DNA of 64,000 bases from an uncultured Acidobacteriota bacterium. GTDB lineage: Bacteria; Acidobacteriota; Blastocatellia; RBC074. The notes under the pieces are model-generated. The model saw only the letters and a program-made list of their open reading frames with translations, made no database searches and was not told where the DNA came from. Below are positions 9,821-20,405 of this stretch, piece after piece. Positions within the stretch are counted from its first letter, which is position 1; each line of letters starts with the position of its first letter. A program made the translations under genes and the position numbers. The DNA lies in contig CAWCKY010000004.1 of the NCBI GenBank assembly GCA_963796275.1, forward strand, positions 1,088,001 through 1,152,000, read 5' to 3'.

Positions 9821-11287
9821 TCACAACGGCAACCTCAAACTAGCCTTAACTCCATTTCCGTTCACGCGGTTTTCCAGCATCAGCATCCCGCCGTGTCCCT
9901 CTGCGATCTGCCTGCTGAGCGCCAGGCCTATGCCGGAACCGCCGGGCTTCGTGGTGAAGAACGGCACGAATAGGTTGGATGTGTTGGACAGTCCCGGCCC
10001 CTCATCTTCAACCAGGACTTCGAGGTAGCCATTGACGGCGTGCCAGCTCACGAGCACCTCGCCGGCGGTTTCGCTCGCCGCGTCAACCGCATTACGCACG
10101 AGATTGATGAGCACCTGTTCGAGTTGATCTCGATCACCCTGAATCATCAATTCTGGGCCGGGGAGAAGATTGATCTTCATCCGCGTCTCCAGCCCCACTA
10201 CCTGCCGCACCCAGAAACCGATCTCTATCGGCTTCAATTCGGGTCGCGGGAGCTTAGCGAGCTTCGCGTATGCCGTCATAAAACGATTTAAGGCTTCGGC
10301 GCGCGCGGCGATTACGGCCAGCCCGCTTTGTACGTCCTCTTCCCAATCGGGCGGGCGCGGAGCGCGTGAAAAAAGGTTTTCCAGACTGCCCGCGATCGAT
10401 TTGATGGGCGCCAGCGAATTGTTGAGCTCATGGCCGATGACGCGGACGAGGCGCTGCCATGCGAGCCTCTCTTCTTCGCGCAATGCCCTGCTGAGGTCGG
10501 CCAGGACCACCAGTTGATGCGGCTTTCCTCCCTCGCGAAAGGTGCTGCGCCGCATTCCCCAGCGCCCGAAGCCTCCGGGAAAGGAGCGCTGCAATGTCCT
10601 CGCCTGGTCGCCTTCCAGACAATCGTCCATGTGTAATTCTTCGGCAGTGCGACCGAGCAGTTGCTCCGCCGGGCGATCGAGCAACTTCTCTCCCGCGCGA
10701 TTGACCAGACGCAGCCGGCGATCGCTGTCGAAGGCGAAGATGGCGACCTCGATTTCAGCCATCACCGTTCGCAAAAGCGCTGTCGCCTCCATGGCCCCGA
10801 GCCTTTGTGTGCGCAGGGTCGAACTCAGCGCGTTGATTTCACGGACGACATCTCCCAGCGGATCATCGTTCTTCGCGGCGCGGCCGCGGATCGAGTAGTC
10901 TCCTTCGCGCAGCGCGGCAAGCAGGTTCGAGAGAGTCTGCAGGGGCATCACCACCTTTTCGCGCAGGGCGAACGCACATCCGAGCCAGAAACTGAGAATT
11001 AAAACGGTGAATGTCCATTGCTCCTTCGGCTCGAATTCGCCGGTCCAGAGAAGATAGAGAGCCACGGTGGCCCCGGGCAGGCCGGTGAAGAAGGCCAGAA
11101 ACCAGATGCGCAGATCGTAGTTGATCGCCTGTGGATGAAAAGGCCGCGGGAGCGGTTTGACTTTTATCTCGGGTGAATCGAGTGCGAGCAGATGCGGGCG
11201 GCGAGCAGGTGCCGGGTTTCTGCTCTCGCTTTGTGCCGGTCTCTCCGGCTCGTACTCGCCGAAGATCCGCAGGCCCAAGATCTTCAT
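9821..11287 (-). CDS. Sensor histidine kinase (HAMP/PAS, NtrY-like)
   Basis: H-box VIGHELNNSLAPI, N-box QVLINLVRNA, DEGPG, FFTTKPGGSGIGL. Confidence 0.95.
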   Translation of the reverse strand: MKILGLRIFGEYEPERPAQSESRNPAPARRPHLLALDSPEIKVKPLPRPFHPQAINYDLRIWFLAFFTGLPGATVALYLLWTGEFEPKEQWTFTVLILSFWLGCAFALREKVVMPLQTLSNLLAALREGDYSIRGRAAKNDDPLGDVVREINALSSTLRTQRLGAMEATALLRTVMAEIEVAIFAFDSDRRLRLVNRAGEKLLDRPAEQLLGRTAEELHMDDCLEGDQARTLQRSFPGGFGRWGMRRSTFREGGKPHQLVVLADLSRALREEERLAWQRLVRVIGHELNNSLAPIKSIAGSLENLFSRAPRPPDWEEDVQSGLAVIAARAEALNRFMTAYAKLAKLPRPELKPIEIGFWVRQVVGLETRMKINLLPGPELMIQGDRDQLEQVLINLVRNAVDAASETAGEVLVSWHAVNGYLEVLVEDEGPGLSNTSNLFVPFFTTKPGGSGIGLALSRQIAEGHGGMLMLENRVNGNGVKASLRLPL

Positions 11288-12648
11288 AATCCGAACTTCT
11301 CTAGGCGGCGATAGAGCGCGCTGCGGCTCAGTCCTAGCGCGTCAGCCGCTTTGCTCACGTTTCCGTCAAACCGGGCGAGCGTCTTTTTGATGAGGAAACA
11401 TTCGACCTCTTCCAGATTCATGTCCTCAAGACGCGGCGAGCTGTCATGACCCTGATTCAACCCGAGGTCGCCCGTCTTCACAATCGTCCCTTGCGCCATC
11501 AGGACCGCGCGTTCGATCGAGTGATCGAGCTCGCGTACGTTGCCGTGCCACGTATGCGTGGTCAGTGCATGAATCGCCGGCTGATCGAAGCTGGTCACCA
11601 GCTTGCGATACCGCGCTGCGTGCTGCCGCAGGAAATGCGCAGCAATCAGCGGTATGTCCTCTTTCCGGTCGCGCAAGGGCGGCAGACGAATTTCAACAGT
11701 ATTTAATCGGAAAAGCAAATCCTGGCGGAAGCGCCCGGCAGCCACCTCCGTGTAGAGGTCGGAATTGGTGGCCGAGATGATCCGGACATTTACTTTGCGC
11801 GTCTTCGATGAACCGACCCGCTCGAACTCGCCGGTTTCGAGGACGCGCAGCAGCTTGGCCTGCTGAGGCAGGGTGATATTGGCGATCTCATCCAAAAATA
11901 GGGTGCCTTCATCGGCCAGTTCGAACCGCCCGACGCGGTCCGTCTTGGCATCCGTGAATGCCCCCTTGATGTGTCCGAAGAGCTCGCTCTCGAAGACTCC
12001 TTCCGAAAGGCCGCCGGCGTTTACGGTCACCAGCGGCCTCAACGATCTGTGTGAGATCGAATGCAGGACGTTGGCGACCACGCCCTTGCCGGTCCCGTTC
12101 TCGCCGGTGATCATAACGTTGGCATCCGATGGGCCGACGCGCGCGATGACCTGCAGTACGGGTTGCATCGTCGGAGATTCGGCGATCAGCTTGGTGCGGC
12201 TCTCGTCGCGCAGCAATTGGTTCTCCGCTTCCAGCCGCTCGCCTTTGCGAAGCGCTTTGCTCAGCTCGGCCTGAGTCCGCAGGATGGTGATCAGGCGCTC
12301 GTTCTCCCAGGGCTTCTGTACGAAGTCGCGCGCGCCGCGCCGCATCGCCTCGACCGCCAGACCGACGCTTCCCCAGGCGGTCATGACTACGACCGGCAGG
12401 CTCGCGTCTATCGCCTGAATATTCGTAATCAGATCGAGCCCTTCCTGTCCCGATGTCGTATCGCGTGTGTAGTTCAGATCAATCAACGCGACATCGAAAT
12501 CTCGCGCTTCAACCACAGATAGCGCCTGCTCGGGCGAAGTCACGGTTTCGATCTGCAATCCTTCGGCCTTGAGCAGCAGGCGCAGCGCTTCGATCACGTC
12601 GAGCTGATCATCGGCAATCAGAACTTTTGGAATTGATGAGAGATTCAT
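11284..12648 (-). CDS. Sigma54-dependent response regulator (NtrC family)
   Basis: Receiver domain, GENGTGK, ESELFGH, GAFTDA, C-terminal Fis-type HTH. Confidence 0.95.
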   Translation of the reverse strand: MNLSSIPKVLIADDQLDVIEALRLLLKAEGLQIETVTSPEQALSVVEARDFDVALIDLNYTRDTTSGQEGLDLITNIQAIDASLPVVVMTAWGSVGLAVEAMRRGARDFVQKPWENERLITILRTQAELSKALRKGERLEAENQLLRDESRTKLIAESPTMQPVLQVIARVGPSDANVMITGENGTGKGVVANVLHSISHRSLRPLVTVNAGGLSEGVFESELFGHIKGAFTDAKTDRVGRFELADEGTLFLDEIANITLPQQAKLLRVLETGEFERVGSSKTRKVNVRIISATNSDLYTEVAAGRFRQDLLFRLNTVEIRLPPLRDRKEDIPLIAAHFLRQHAARYRKLVTSFDQPAIHALTTHTWHGNVRELDHSIERAVLMAQGTIVKTGDLGLNQGHDSSPRLEDMNLEEVECFLIKKTLARFDGNVSKAADALGLSRSALYRRLEKFGL

Positions 12649-12765
12649 TGGAGTCTAACAACCATTCAATGGAATACAGAAAACCCAAAAGGGCTGGAAT
12701 TCTCAGAAGACAAAAAAAGACCGGAATTTACGTATTTTTCACCCTTCGCTATCTCTCCCACTTCC

Positions 12766-13431
12766 TCACTCTTTTACCAACCAGCCATCGGCGAGATTTA
12801 TGACCCGATTGCCGTATGTCGCGTTCACCTCGGAATGCGTCACCTGTATGATCGTCGTTCCTTCGTTATTCAACTTCTTGAACAACTCCATGATTTCTTT
12901 ACCCTGGCTCGAATGCAGGTTCCCGGTCGGTTCGTCCGCCAGTATCACTTTCGGATTGGCGATCACGGCGCGCGCTACGCCGACCAGCTGTTGTTGCCCG
13001 CCCGACAATTGGTTGGGATAGAGGTCCTTCTTCCCCACTATCTGAAATCTGTCGAGTATGTCGGCCACCGTCGATTCGCGCTCCGACTTTTTTACGTCGC
13101 GGTATGAAAGCGGTATCTCCAGATTCTCATAGACCGTCAGATGATCGAGCAGGTGATAACTCTGAAATACGAATCCGATGTTTCTATTGCGCAAACTGGC
13201 GCGGTCCTTCGCGCTCATTTTATGAACGGGGTGATCCATAAAGTAATACTCGCCGCTCCAGCCGCTGTCGTGCATGCCCAGGATGTGCAACAAAGTGGAT
13301 TTGCCGGCGCCCGAGGGCCCCATAATCGAGATGAATTCGCCATTTTTTATATCGACCGCGATTCTACGCAGCACGAAAAATTTCTGTACCCCCTGCTGAA
13401 AATACTTCTCGACATTTTCCAGTTGGATCAT
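12766..13431 (-). CDS. ABC transporter ATP-binding protein (MacB/LolD-like)
   Basis: GPSGAGKST, LSGGQQQ, LADEPTGNL. Confidence 0.95.
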   Translation of the reverse strand: MIQLENVEKYFQQGVQKFFVLRRIAVDIKNGEFISIMGPSGAGKSTLLHILGMHDSGWSGEYYFMDHPVHKMSAKDRASLRNRNIGFVFQSYHLLDHLTVYENLEIPLSYRDVKKSERESTVADILDRFQIVGKKDLYPNQLSGGQQQLVGVARAVIANPKVILADEPTGNLHSSQGKEIMELFKKLNNEGTTIIQVTHSEVNATYGNRVINLADGWLVKE

Positions 13432-13505
13432 GATTCAACCCCTGTTCTGATTCGTTGGCTTCTCAGCTTTCACAATTGTGTAGTTAGTATTCCTGTTTAA
13501 TCGGC

Positions 13506-13522
13506 TTCAATCTGCGTGCCAA
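13506..13522 (-). promoter_or_regulatory. Sigma54 -24/-12 promoter
   Basis: Minus strand TTGGCACGCAGATTGAA fits TGGCACG-N4-TTG, about 75 nt upstream of the ATPase start. Confidence 0.7.
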
Positions 13523-13593
13523 AAAAATACGCGATACAAGTCATTTATTGGCGTAGGTTGATCATAATTCAGGAGGTTGGTTTAAACCAGAGA

Positions 13594-13631
13594 TGTTCGA
13601 TTTTGGGAAAAAATATTCCCAATAACGGAGA
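13594..13631. promoter_or_regulatory. Putative enhancer (UAS), copy 1
   Basis: TGTTCGATTTTGGGAAAAAATATTCCCAATAACGGAGA, near-identical to 16041-16078 and at a similar distance from a sigma54 box. Confidence 0.6.
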
Positions 13632-13667
13632 GAGATGAGTGTCCGGTAATCAGAACCCGGCAATAAA

Positions 13668-13729
13668 ACCACAAAAAGACAAAGGGGAGAAGGAGATGGC
13701 CATTCTTCGCGTCATTTGTCTTTTGTGGT
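13668..13729. repeat. Purine/pyrimidine inverted repeat hairpin (possible terminator)
   Basis: accacaaaaagacaaa ... tttgtcttttgtggt, downstream of the 13752 ATPase. Confidence 0.6.
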
Positions 13730-13751
13730 AATTGCGATGAATTTCTCCGCT

Positions 13752-14453
13752 TCACGCGGTGACTTCTTGTTTATGGTCTTCCTCGACAACGCGACCGTCA
13801 AACAAATGGATCGAACGATCGGCATGGCGAGCGAACCGAGCATCGTGAGTGACCATGCAGATCGTTGCGCCGCCTCGATGAAGCTCGCGTAGGAGTTCCA
13901 TGACCGCCTCGCCATTGGTCGAATCGAGATTTCCGGTCGGCTCGTCCGCCAGCAAGATCAGAGGCTCTCCTCCGACCGCGCGGGCGACTGCGACACGTTG
14001 TTGTTGACCTCCGGAGAGCTGTGAAGGCAAATGCTTCGCGCGATGCGCCATGCCTACTTTCTCCAGCGCCGCGTTGACGCGCTGCTTGCGTTCGGCCGAG
14101 CTCATTCCGCGGTAAGTGAGAGGCAGTTCGACGTTCTCATAGACCGTCAAATCACCAATGAGATTGAAGCTCTGGAAGATGAATCCGATCTCGCGATTGC
14201 GAATGCGGGCTCGCTCCGAAAGATTCAGGCCCTGAACCGGCTTGCTGTTGAGGAAATAGCTGCCTTCAGTGGGTGAGTCCAGTAAGCCCAGAATCGAAAG
14301 CAGCGTTGATTTTCCACACCCGGATGGACCGGCGATCGAGACATATTCTCCCTGGCCGATCTCTAAGTGTATTCCTGAGAGAGCGTGCGTTTCGACCTCA
14401 TCGGTGTAAAAAACCTTCGTCACAGCTTCCATTCGCAACAGGGGTTCGCTCAT
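13752..14453 (-). CDS. ABC transporter ATP-binding protein (MacB-like)
   Basis: GPSGCGKST, LSGGQQQRVA, LADEPTGNLD. Confidence 0.95.
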   Translation of the reverse strand: MSEPLLRMEAVTKVFYTDEVETHALSGIHLEIGQGEYVSIAGPSGCGKSTLLSILGLLDSPTEGSYFLNSKPVQGLNLSERARIRNREIGFIFQSFNLIGDLTVYENVELPLTYRGMSSAERKQRVNAALEKVGMAHRAKHLPSQLSGGQQQRVAVARAVGGEPLILLADEPTGNLDSTNGEAVMELLRELHRGGATICMVTHDARFARHADRSIHLFDGRVVEEDHKQEVTA

Positions 14454-14596
14454 TTTTATCTCCTCTGGATATGTACTGTTGGTATCTAACCTGCGGATGA
14501 CTCGTTAAATGAGTCGTTCAATTACCACCAGGTAGTTGTTACGGGAGCCATCCGCAAGCTGGCCCTGCGGAACATTGCTCGCCTTTGTTTATGGAT

Positions 14597-15862
14597 TCAT
14601 CTCAGATGAACCCGATCAGCATTATCGGGCACCTGGTTCTGGGTATCGGACACGATAACTTTGTCGCCGACTTTCAAACCACTAAGAATTTGAATCTGTG
14701 TCGTGGAAGATTGGCCGAACATGACGGTGACTGCTTCGGCGTATTCACCGTCAGGAGTGAGCCGGAAGAGCCTGACCGAGGAGTTCTCCTGGCCGAACGC
14801 TGGGCGCTGAACCTGTATCACATTCGGCATTCTGGTGATTTCGATCTCGCCCTCGACATTGGTGTTAGGGACAGCGCCTATCGGTAAATCGCCCTCGAGG
14901 GTGACGTCGATAAGCCTCGTCCCCTCTATAACCGAGGGAGCGATGCGGCTCACGCGCCCTTTGATAATTTTTCCTAGGTGGGGATCGATAGTAGCGAACT
15001 GGCCTTCCACAATATCTCTGGCCTGTGTTTCGGTAACTCTCAGTTCGGCCTTGAGACGCTTCGGATCAGAGACCTCGGCAATGGCTTGCCCCACTGTGAT
15101 CGCCTGGCCCACCTCAACGGTCAAATTCTGAAGTATGCCGTTCATACCTGCCTTCACCTGCAGATTCGCGACCTGTCTTCTGCGTAAATCAAACACCGCA
15201 CGTTGCTGATCGAGCGTGGCCTGTGCCACGGCCATCTGAGTATTCACGGCTTCCGTGTTGATATGGATGCGCTTCCGTTCCAATTCAACACGATTTTTCA
15301 GCTCAGCCGCACTAGTCACCGCTTGTTGGAGTTCAATCGTGCCGATCAGCTTATCTTTCGCTAAAACCTCTTTGGCATCGGCGTCAAGCTGTGCATTTTT
15401 ATATTGCGCCTCTACCTGGGCGAACTGGGCCTGCTGTGTGAGCAGTTGCGCCTCGAGGTCGACTTTCCGGTTGGCGTAATCGGATTCCGCTCTTTTCAAT
15501 GCCAGCGACGCATCCTGCAGCTGCTGCTCCGCCTCGGGGCTGGTCAACGTTACGATGACTGTATCGGGCGTGACCGACTGGCCGGCTTTGACATGTCGTT
15601 CTTTCACGCGGCCGGCGGTCTCAGCCGGAATATAGTTTAGACTTTCGGGCTTGAGTATGCCGATTCCGCGGCGATTAACCACGAACTCTTCCTGCCTGAC
15701 GACGTCGATAATCTGGGTGGCGCGTTCGAGTGGCGGCGCTTGCGGCTTGAGCTTCGCCAGGTAGACGCTCACACCTCCAATTGCAGCGAGCGTCAACACC
15801 GTGTAGATAGCCCGCCGAATCCTCTTATTACGCAAGACCGATTTGCTGCGAGGTACGTCCAT
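14597..15862 (-). CDS. Efflux membrane-fusion (periplasmic adaptor) protein, HlyD/MacA family
   Basis: N-terminal TM after MDVPRSK, lipoyl-like halves, coiled-coil hairpin, C-terminal ILSGLKVGDKVIVSD. Confidence 0.9.
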   Translation of the reverse strand: MDVPRSKSVLRNKRIRRAIYTVLTLAAIGGVSVYLAKLKPQAPPLERATQIIDVVRQEEFVVNRRGIGILKPESLNYIPAETAGRVKERHVKAGQSVTPDTVIVTLTSPEAEQQLQDASLALKRAESDYANRKVDLEAQLLTQQAQFAQVEAQYKNAQLDADAKEVLAKDKLIGTIELQQAVTSAAELKNRVELERKRIHINTEAVNTQMAVAQATLDQQRAVFDLRRRQVANLQVKAGMNGILQNLTVEVGQAITVGQAIAEVSDPKRLKAELRVTETQARDIVEGQFATIDPHLGKIIKGRVSRIAPSVIEGTRLIDVTLEGDLPIGAVPNTNVEGEIEITRMPNVIQVQRPAFGQENSSVRLFRLTPDGEYAEAVTVMFGQSSTTQIQILSGLKVGDKVIVSDTQNQVPDNADRVHLR

Positions 15863-15949
15863 AATTCCTCCGTCTCAATTCAATTTATTTTCAATATTAT
15901 TCAATATTCGATTTCAATTCGATTTCACAGTTTTCCGATAGATTGATAG

Positions 15950-15965
15950 CCAAGTTCCGTGCCAG
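15950..15965 (-). promoter_or_regulatory. Sigma54 -24/-12 promoter
   Basis: Minus strand CTGGCACGGAACTTGG (TGGCACG-N4-TTG) upstream of the MFP gene. Confidence 0.7.
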
Positions 15966-16040
15966 AAATCCAGCGGAACCCTAAACTCATCAAATTGACC
16001 GGTTTAATCATTTATGCGGACGGAAAAATCATCGTCCGGG

Positions 16041-16078
16041 TGTTCGTTTGTGGGATAACCGATTCCCAAAAGTGAAAT
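16041..16078. promoter_or_regulatory. Putative enhancer (UAS), copy 2
   Basis: TGTTCGTTTGTGGGATAACCGATTCCCAAAAGTGAAAT; see 13594-13631. Confidence 0.6.
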
Positions 16079-16234
16079 TAGGTTCTCGCAGTTCCCGTGA
16101 AATAGGTTCCAATAAAATCGAAATTCTGAGGCTTGCCCGCGTTCATACTAAAGGCTATGCTAAATCACTTATAGGTTATGATTATATTCAGTGGTCCCAC
16201 TTTGACAAACATTTTTTGAAAGAAGCTTTTGAAT

Positions 16235-16849
16235 ATGAGTTCTTCCAAAACTCCGCAAAAACGCTCTCCCTGGACCTTGACGCGCATCGGTTTGATCGGT
16301 GCATCGTTATTTCTGTTAACAGCCACTCTCTCGGCTGTCTACAACAACGAAGAATCATCGACGGATGCAGGGCTATCCGGGAGAAGCGGCGATTCGAGCG
16401 TTCCCTATGAATTGTCTGCCAATGTGCTGGATACGAGCTTCAGGTTGGTCGATGGCGGATCGCGAAAAATCTCGGATTACTCCGGGAAGGTCCTGGTCGT
16501 GGATTTATGGGCCACGTGGTGCCGCCCGTGCCGCCAGGAGATCCCGCATTTGATCGAATTAGCCAACGAATATAAGAGCAAAGGCGTTGAAGTGATCGGG
16601 TTGACGACCGAAGACCCGGAGGCTGACGCGCAATTGGTCAGGGATTTCTCCCAACAATTCAAAATCAACTATCCGATCGGCTGGGCCGAGATGCCCCTGG
16701 CGGATCAACTTATGAACGGGCGCGACGGCATACCTCAAACGATCATCATCGGACGCGACGGCAAAGTGAAGCAACATTTCGTCGGGTTCAACAGAACGGT
16801 TAGCGTTCCTCAAATGAAGGCAGCGTTGGATGAAGCCGTAGCTGAATGA
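16235..16849 (+). CDS. TlpA-family thiol:disulfide oxidoreductase
   Basis: GKVLVVDLWATWCRPCRQEIP; N-terminal membrane anchor. Confidence 0.92.
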   Translation: MSSSKTPQKRSPWTLTRIGLIGASLFLLTATLSAVYNNEESSTDAGLSGRSGDSSVPYELSANVLDTSFRLVDGGSRKISDYSGKVLVVDLWATWCRPCRQEIPHLIELANEYKSKGVEVIGLTTEDPEADAQLVRDFSQQFKINYPIGWAEMPLADQLMNGRDGIPQTIIIGRDGKVKQHFVGFNRTVSVPQMKAALDEAVAE

Positions 16850-16904
16850 AACCAGTTGAACGGCTCAATACTGAAGAAGGAAACAGTTTTGCTGAGGAGG
16901 TAAA

Positions 16905-18221
16905 ATGCGAACAAGTATAATTACATTATTGCTCTTTTCAGTCAGTGGAGGACTGGCGCTCGGCTCCGCATTTTGCGACGACGCCGGATCAAACAAGGAC
17001 GCCTCGCAACCGGTACAGGCGCAACCGGCGGCGGCCGCGACGAATCCCGCTCAGAATAGCCTGTCCGCCGGAGAGGGAAAAATAGATATGAAAATCGCCG
17101 CCGCCAACAATCAATTCGGTTTCGATCTGTTCAACCAGCTCAAGCTTCGGGACAAAGACAAAAACCTCTTCTTCTCCCCGCTGAGCGTGGCCTTTGCGCT
17201 CACGATGACATACAACGGTGCAGCCGGCGTTACGAAAGAAGAGATGCAGCGCGCCCTCAAATTAAGCGGCATGAGCACGGCCGAGATCAATGAGGCGAGC
17301 GCCGCTTTGATGAAGTCGCTCAAGAGTTCCGATCCGAAGATCGAGCTGGCCATCGCCAATTCGCTCTGGGCGCGTAAGGGGGTGCAGTTCAAAGAGGATT
17401 TCCTCGCGCGCAACCGCCAATTTTTCAACGCTGAGATCGCGACCCTGGATTTCGCCGATCCGCAGACCTTGACCACGATCAATAACTGGGTGAGCAAGAA
17501 CACGCAGGATAAAATACCCTCGATCATCGACGAGATCGACGGCCAGATGGTCATGTATCTGATCAACGCCATCTATTTCAAAGGGCTCTGGTCGAAGAAA
17601 TTCGACAAGACGCTAACCAAGAACGAGCCCTTCTACCTGTCCTCAGGTTCGCAAAAACAGGTGTCGATGATGTCGCAAGCGGGCGATTATCGCTATTATC
17701 GCGGTGATAAGTTCCAGGCAGTCAGTCTGCCCTACGGCAAAGGCGGCACGGGTCTCTATCTTTTCCTGCCCGACAAAGGATCGTCGCTGGGCGATCTGTT
17801 GAATAGTTTCAGCCACGACAAATACGAGCAATGGATGAAAAGTTTCCGCAGCAATCCCGGCGACCTGAAGATCCCGCGCTTCAAGATGGAGTATGAAAGC
17901 AATCTGAATAAGATGCTCGTCGCGCTCGGCATGGGTACGGCATTCAGCGAAAGCAAGGCAGACTTCAGCGGGATGCGAGAAAAACGCGATGTCTATATTT
18001 CCGAGGTCAAACACAAAGCGATCGTCGATGTTAACGAGGAGGGAACGGAGGCCGCGGCCGCAACGTCTGTGGGCATCCGTACTACTTCCATGCGGCCTCC
18101 GCAGGAACGGTTCACTTTCATCGCAGATCACCCCTTCCTGATGATCATCCGCGATGAAACGACCGGCGCCATCCTGTTTATGGGGACATTGATCGATCCG
18201 AAATGTGAATGTGAGGGTTGA
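16905..18221 (+). CDS. Serpin family protein (secreted)
   Basis: NLFFSPLS, LINAIYFKGLW, hinge VNEEGTEAAAATS, FIADHPFLMII; signal peptide; GAGGAGG RBS. Confidence 0.95.
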   Translation: MRTSIITLLLFSVSGGLALGSAFCDDAGSNKDASQPVQAQPAAAATNPAQNSLSAGEGKIDMKIAAANNQFGFDLFNQLKLRDKDKNLFFSPLSVAFALTMTYNGAAGVTKEEMQRALKLSGMSTAEINEASAALMKSLKSSDPKIELAIANSLWARKGVQFKEDFLARNRQFFNAEIATLDFADPQTLTTINNWVSKNTQDKIPSIIDEIDGQMVMYLINAIYFKGLWSKKFDKTLTKNEPFYLSSGSQKQVSMMSQAGDYRYYRGDKFQAVSLPYGKGGTGLYLFLPDKGSSLGDLLNSFSHDKYEQWMKSFRSNPGDLKIPRFKMEYESNLNKMLVALGMGTAFSESKADFSGMREKRDVYISEVKHKAIVDVNEEGTEAAAATSVGIRTTSMRPPQERFTFIADHPFLMIIRDETTGAILFMGTLIDPKCECEG

Positions 18222-18304
18222 GACGTTCGATCGATGACCTCGCCTAAAATGACAGCCCGCCAGGAACAAAAACCCGGCGGGAACGGGAGATTTGAGATTT
18301 GCTG

Positions 18305-18691
18305 ATGATTATGAGGTTTCTACATAAATTATTCCCGATCTCAAATTTCAACTCGAACATCGCCCCCTCATCATCAGGCGAATCTGAGCTACCTGAAGAC
18401 GAAGACCCATTCGATGAGCCCGTCCGGCTTGAAATTCGCGATGTGATCGATCTGCACACCATCCCTCCGAAACAGGTGAAAGCCGTCTGCGAAGAGTATC
18501 TCAAGGAAGCGCGGACGAAGGGATTTCGGTTCGTGCGGATCATCCATGGCAAAGGCATCGGGGTGCAGCGTGAAATAGTGCGTAAAGTTCTCGATCGCAC
18601 GGGGTTCGTGTCGAGTTATTACGATGCGCCTCCGGAGGCGGGTGGGCTCGGGGCGACGATTGCCGAGCTTGATCTTGATAAAACTGGTTGA
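18305..18691 (+). CDS. Smr/MutS2 C-terminal domain protein
   Basis: IDLHT, VRIIHGKGIGVQRE, AGGLGAT. Start uncertain. Confidence 0.88.
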   Translation: MIMRFLHKLFPISNFNSNIAPSSSGESELPEDEDPFDEPVRLEIRDVIDLHTIPPKQVKAVCEEYLKEARTKGFRFVRIIHGKGIGVQREIVRKVLDRTGFVSSYYDAPPEAGGLGATIAELDLDKTG

Positions 18692-18754
18692 TAGGATCAC
18701 CCATTCAAATCGGAATACAAACAATCAAGCAAGAATAATAACAAGAATAATAAA

Positions 18755-20321
18755 ATGATCAATCTACCACCTTTCAAAAACGAAACATGCGCGGATTTCT
18801 CAGACGAACGAACCGCGCAGGCCATGCTCAAGGCGATCGAACACGTCGAATCACAGCTCGGGCGCGAATATCCGATAGTCATCAACGGCGAGCGCATCAA
18901 AACCGGAGAATCTGCACGATTCGACCAACCCTTCAAAATTCTCGCAAACTGTCGGCCGCGTGCATCAGGGAACGAAAGAGTTGGCCGATAAGGCGATCAT
19001 GTCCGCGTGGAAAGCCTTCGATAAGTGGAAGCGGGTTTCCGCCGAGGAGCGCGCGAACTATCTCTTCAAAGCCGCGGCTGAAATGCGCCGCCGCAAGAAT
19101 GAATTCAACGCCTGGATGGTCTATGAGGTCGGCAAGTCCTGGGCCGAAGCCGAGGCGGATACGGCCGAAGCCATCGACTTCATCGAATTCTACGCCCGGC
19201 AGGCGCTGCGCTACGATGAGGCGCAGCCGCTGACGGCATCGCCTCTGGAAGCCGAGGTAAATGAGCTTAAATACATTCCCCTTGGCGTCGGCATCGTGAT
19301 ACCGCCGTGGAATTTTCCGCTGGCGATAATGGCCGGCATGTCGGCGGCGGCGGTGGTGACTGGCAATACTGTAGTTATAAAGCCTTCCCACGACAGCCCC
19401 GTGATCGCCGCGCAATTCGTCGAGTTGATGGAGCAGATCGGGCTTCCGCCCGGCGTGATCAACTTTCTGCCGGGAGACGGCAAAACAGTCGGCGAATATA
19501 TGGTCGAGCATCCGCAGACCCGCTTCATCTCGTTCACCGGGTCGATGGCCGTCGGGTTGCGCATCAATGAACTCGCGGCCAAACCGCGTGAGGGCCAGAT
19601 ATGGATCAAGCGCGTGGTGGCCGAGATGGGAGGCAAAGATACCATCATCGTCGACGAGACCGCCGACATCGACGAGGCGGCCGCGGGCATCGTGGCAGCA
19701 GCCTTCGGCTACTCGGGACAGAAATGTTCGGCCTGCTCGCGCGCGGTGATCGTCGAATCGGTTTATCAGCAGGTTCTCGAAAAGGTGGCCGAGCGGGCGA
19801 AGAAGCTATCGGTGGGGCCGGTAAAGGACGTCGCGAACTTCACCGGTCCGGTATCCAGCAAGCGGGCGTTCGAGAAGATCAACAAGTATATCGAGATCGG
19901 GCGGGAGGAAGGCCGCCTCATCGCCGGAGGCGGCAAGCACGAACTCGCCGCGGAAGGCTATTTCATCACTCCGACGATCATCGCGGATGTCGATCCGAAA
20001 GCGCGGGTGGCGCAGGAAGAAATTTTCGGACCGGTGCTCGCCTGCATCAAAGCGAAAGATTTCGGCGATGCGCTGGCGATAGCCAACAACACGATTTACG
20101 GGCTGACCGGGGCCTTCTATTCGCGCAACCGCGAACGGATCGAGCGAGTTAAAAGCGACTTCCACGTCGGCAACCTATACATCAATCGCAAATGCACGGG
20201 CGCTCTCGTCGATGTTCATCCGTTCGGCGGATTCAATATGTCGGGAACTGATTCGAAGGCCGGAGGGCGCGATTATCTGGGATTGTTTCTGCAGGCGAAA
20301 TCAATGGCTGAGAAATTGTAA
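18755..20321 (+). CDS. pruA: L-glutamate gamma-semialdehyde (P5C) dehydrogenase, frameshifted near 18905-18910
   Basis: N-terminal PFKNE...LGREYPIVING in one frame; STNPSKFSQTVGRV...PWNFPLAI, AEMGGKD, GQKCSACSR, EEIFGPV in the next frame. Confidence 0.9.
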
Positions 20322-20405
20322 AATGAAAATACCTGGGAGCGCGTTTCACGTGCACGATCTGAAATAAGCGAGGGCTGCGCGCCCAGTAATTTCCAGAGGA
20401 CGAAT

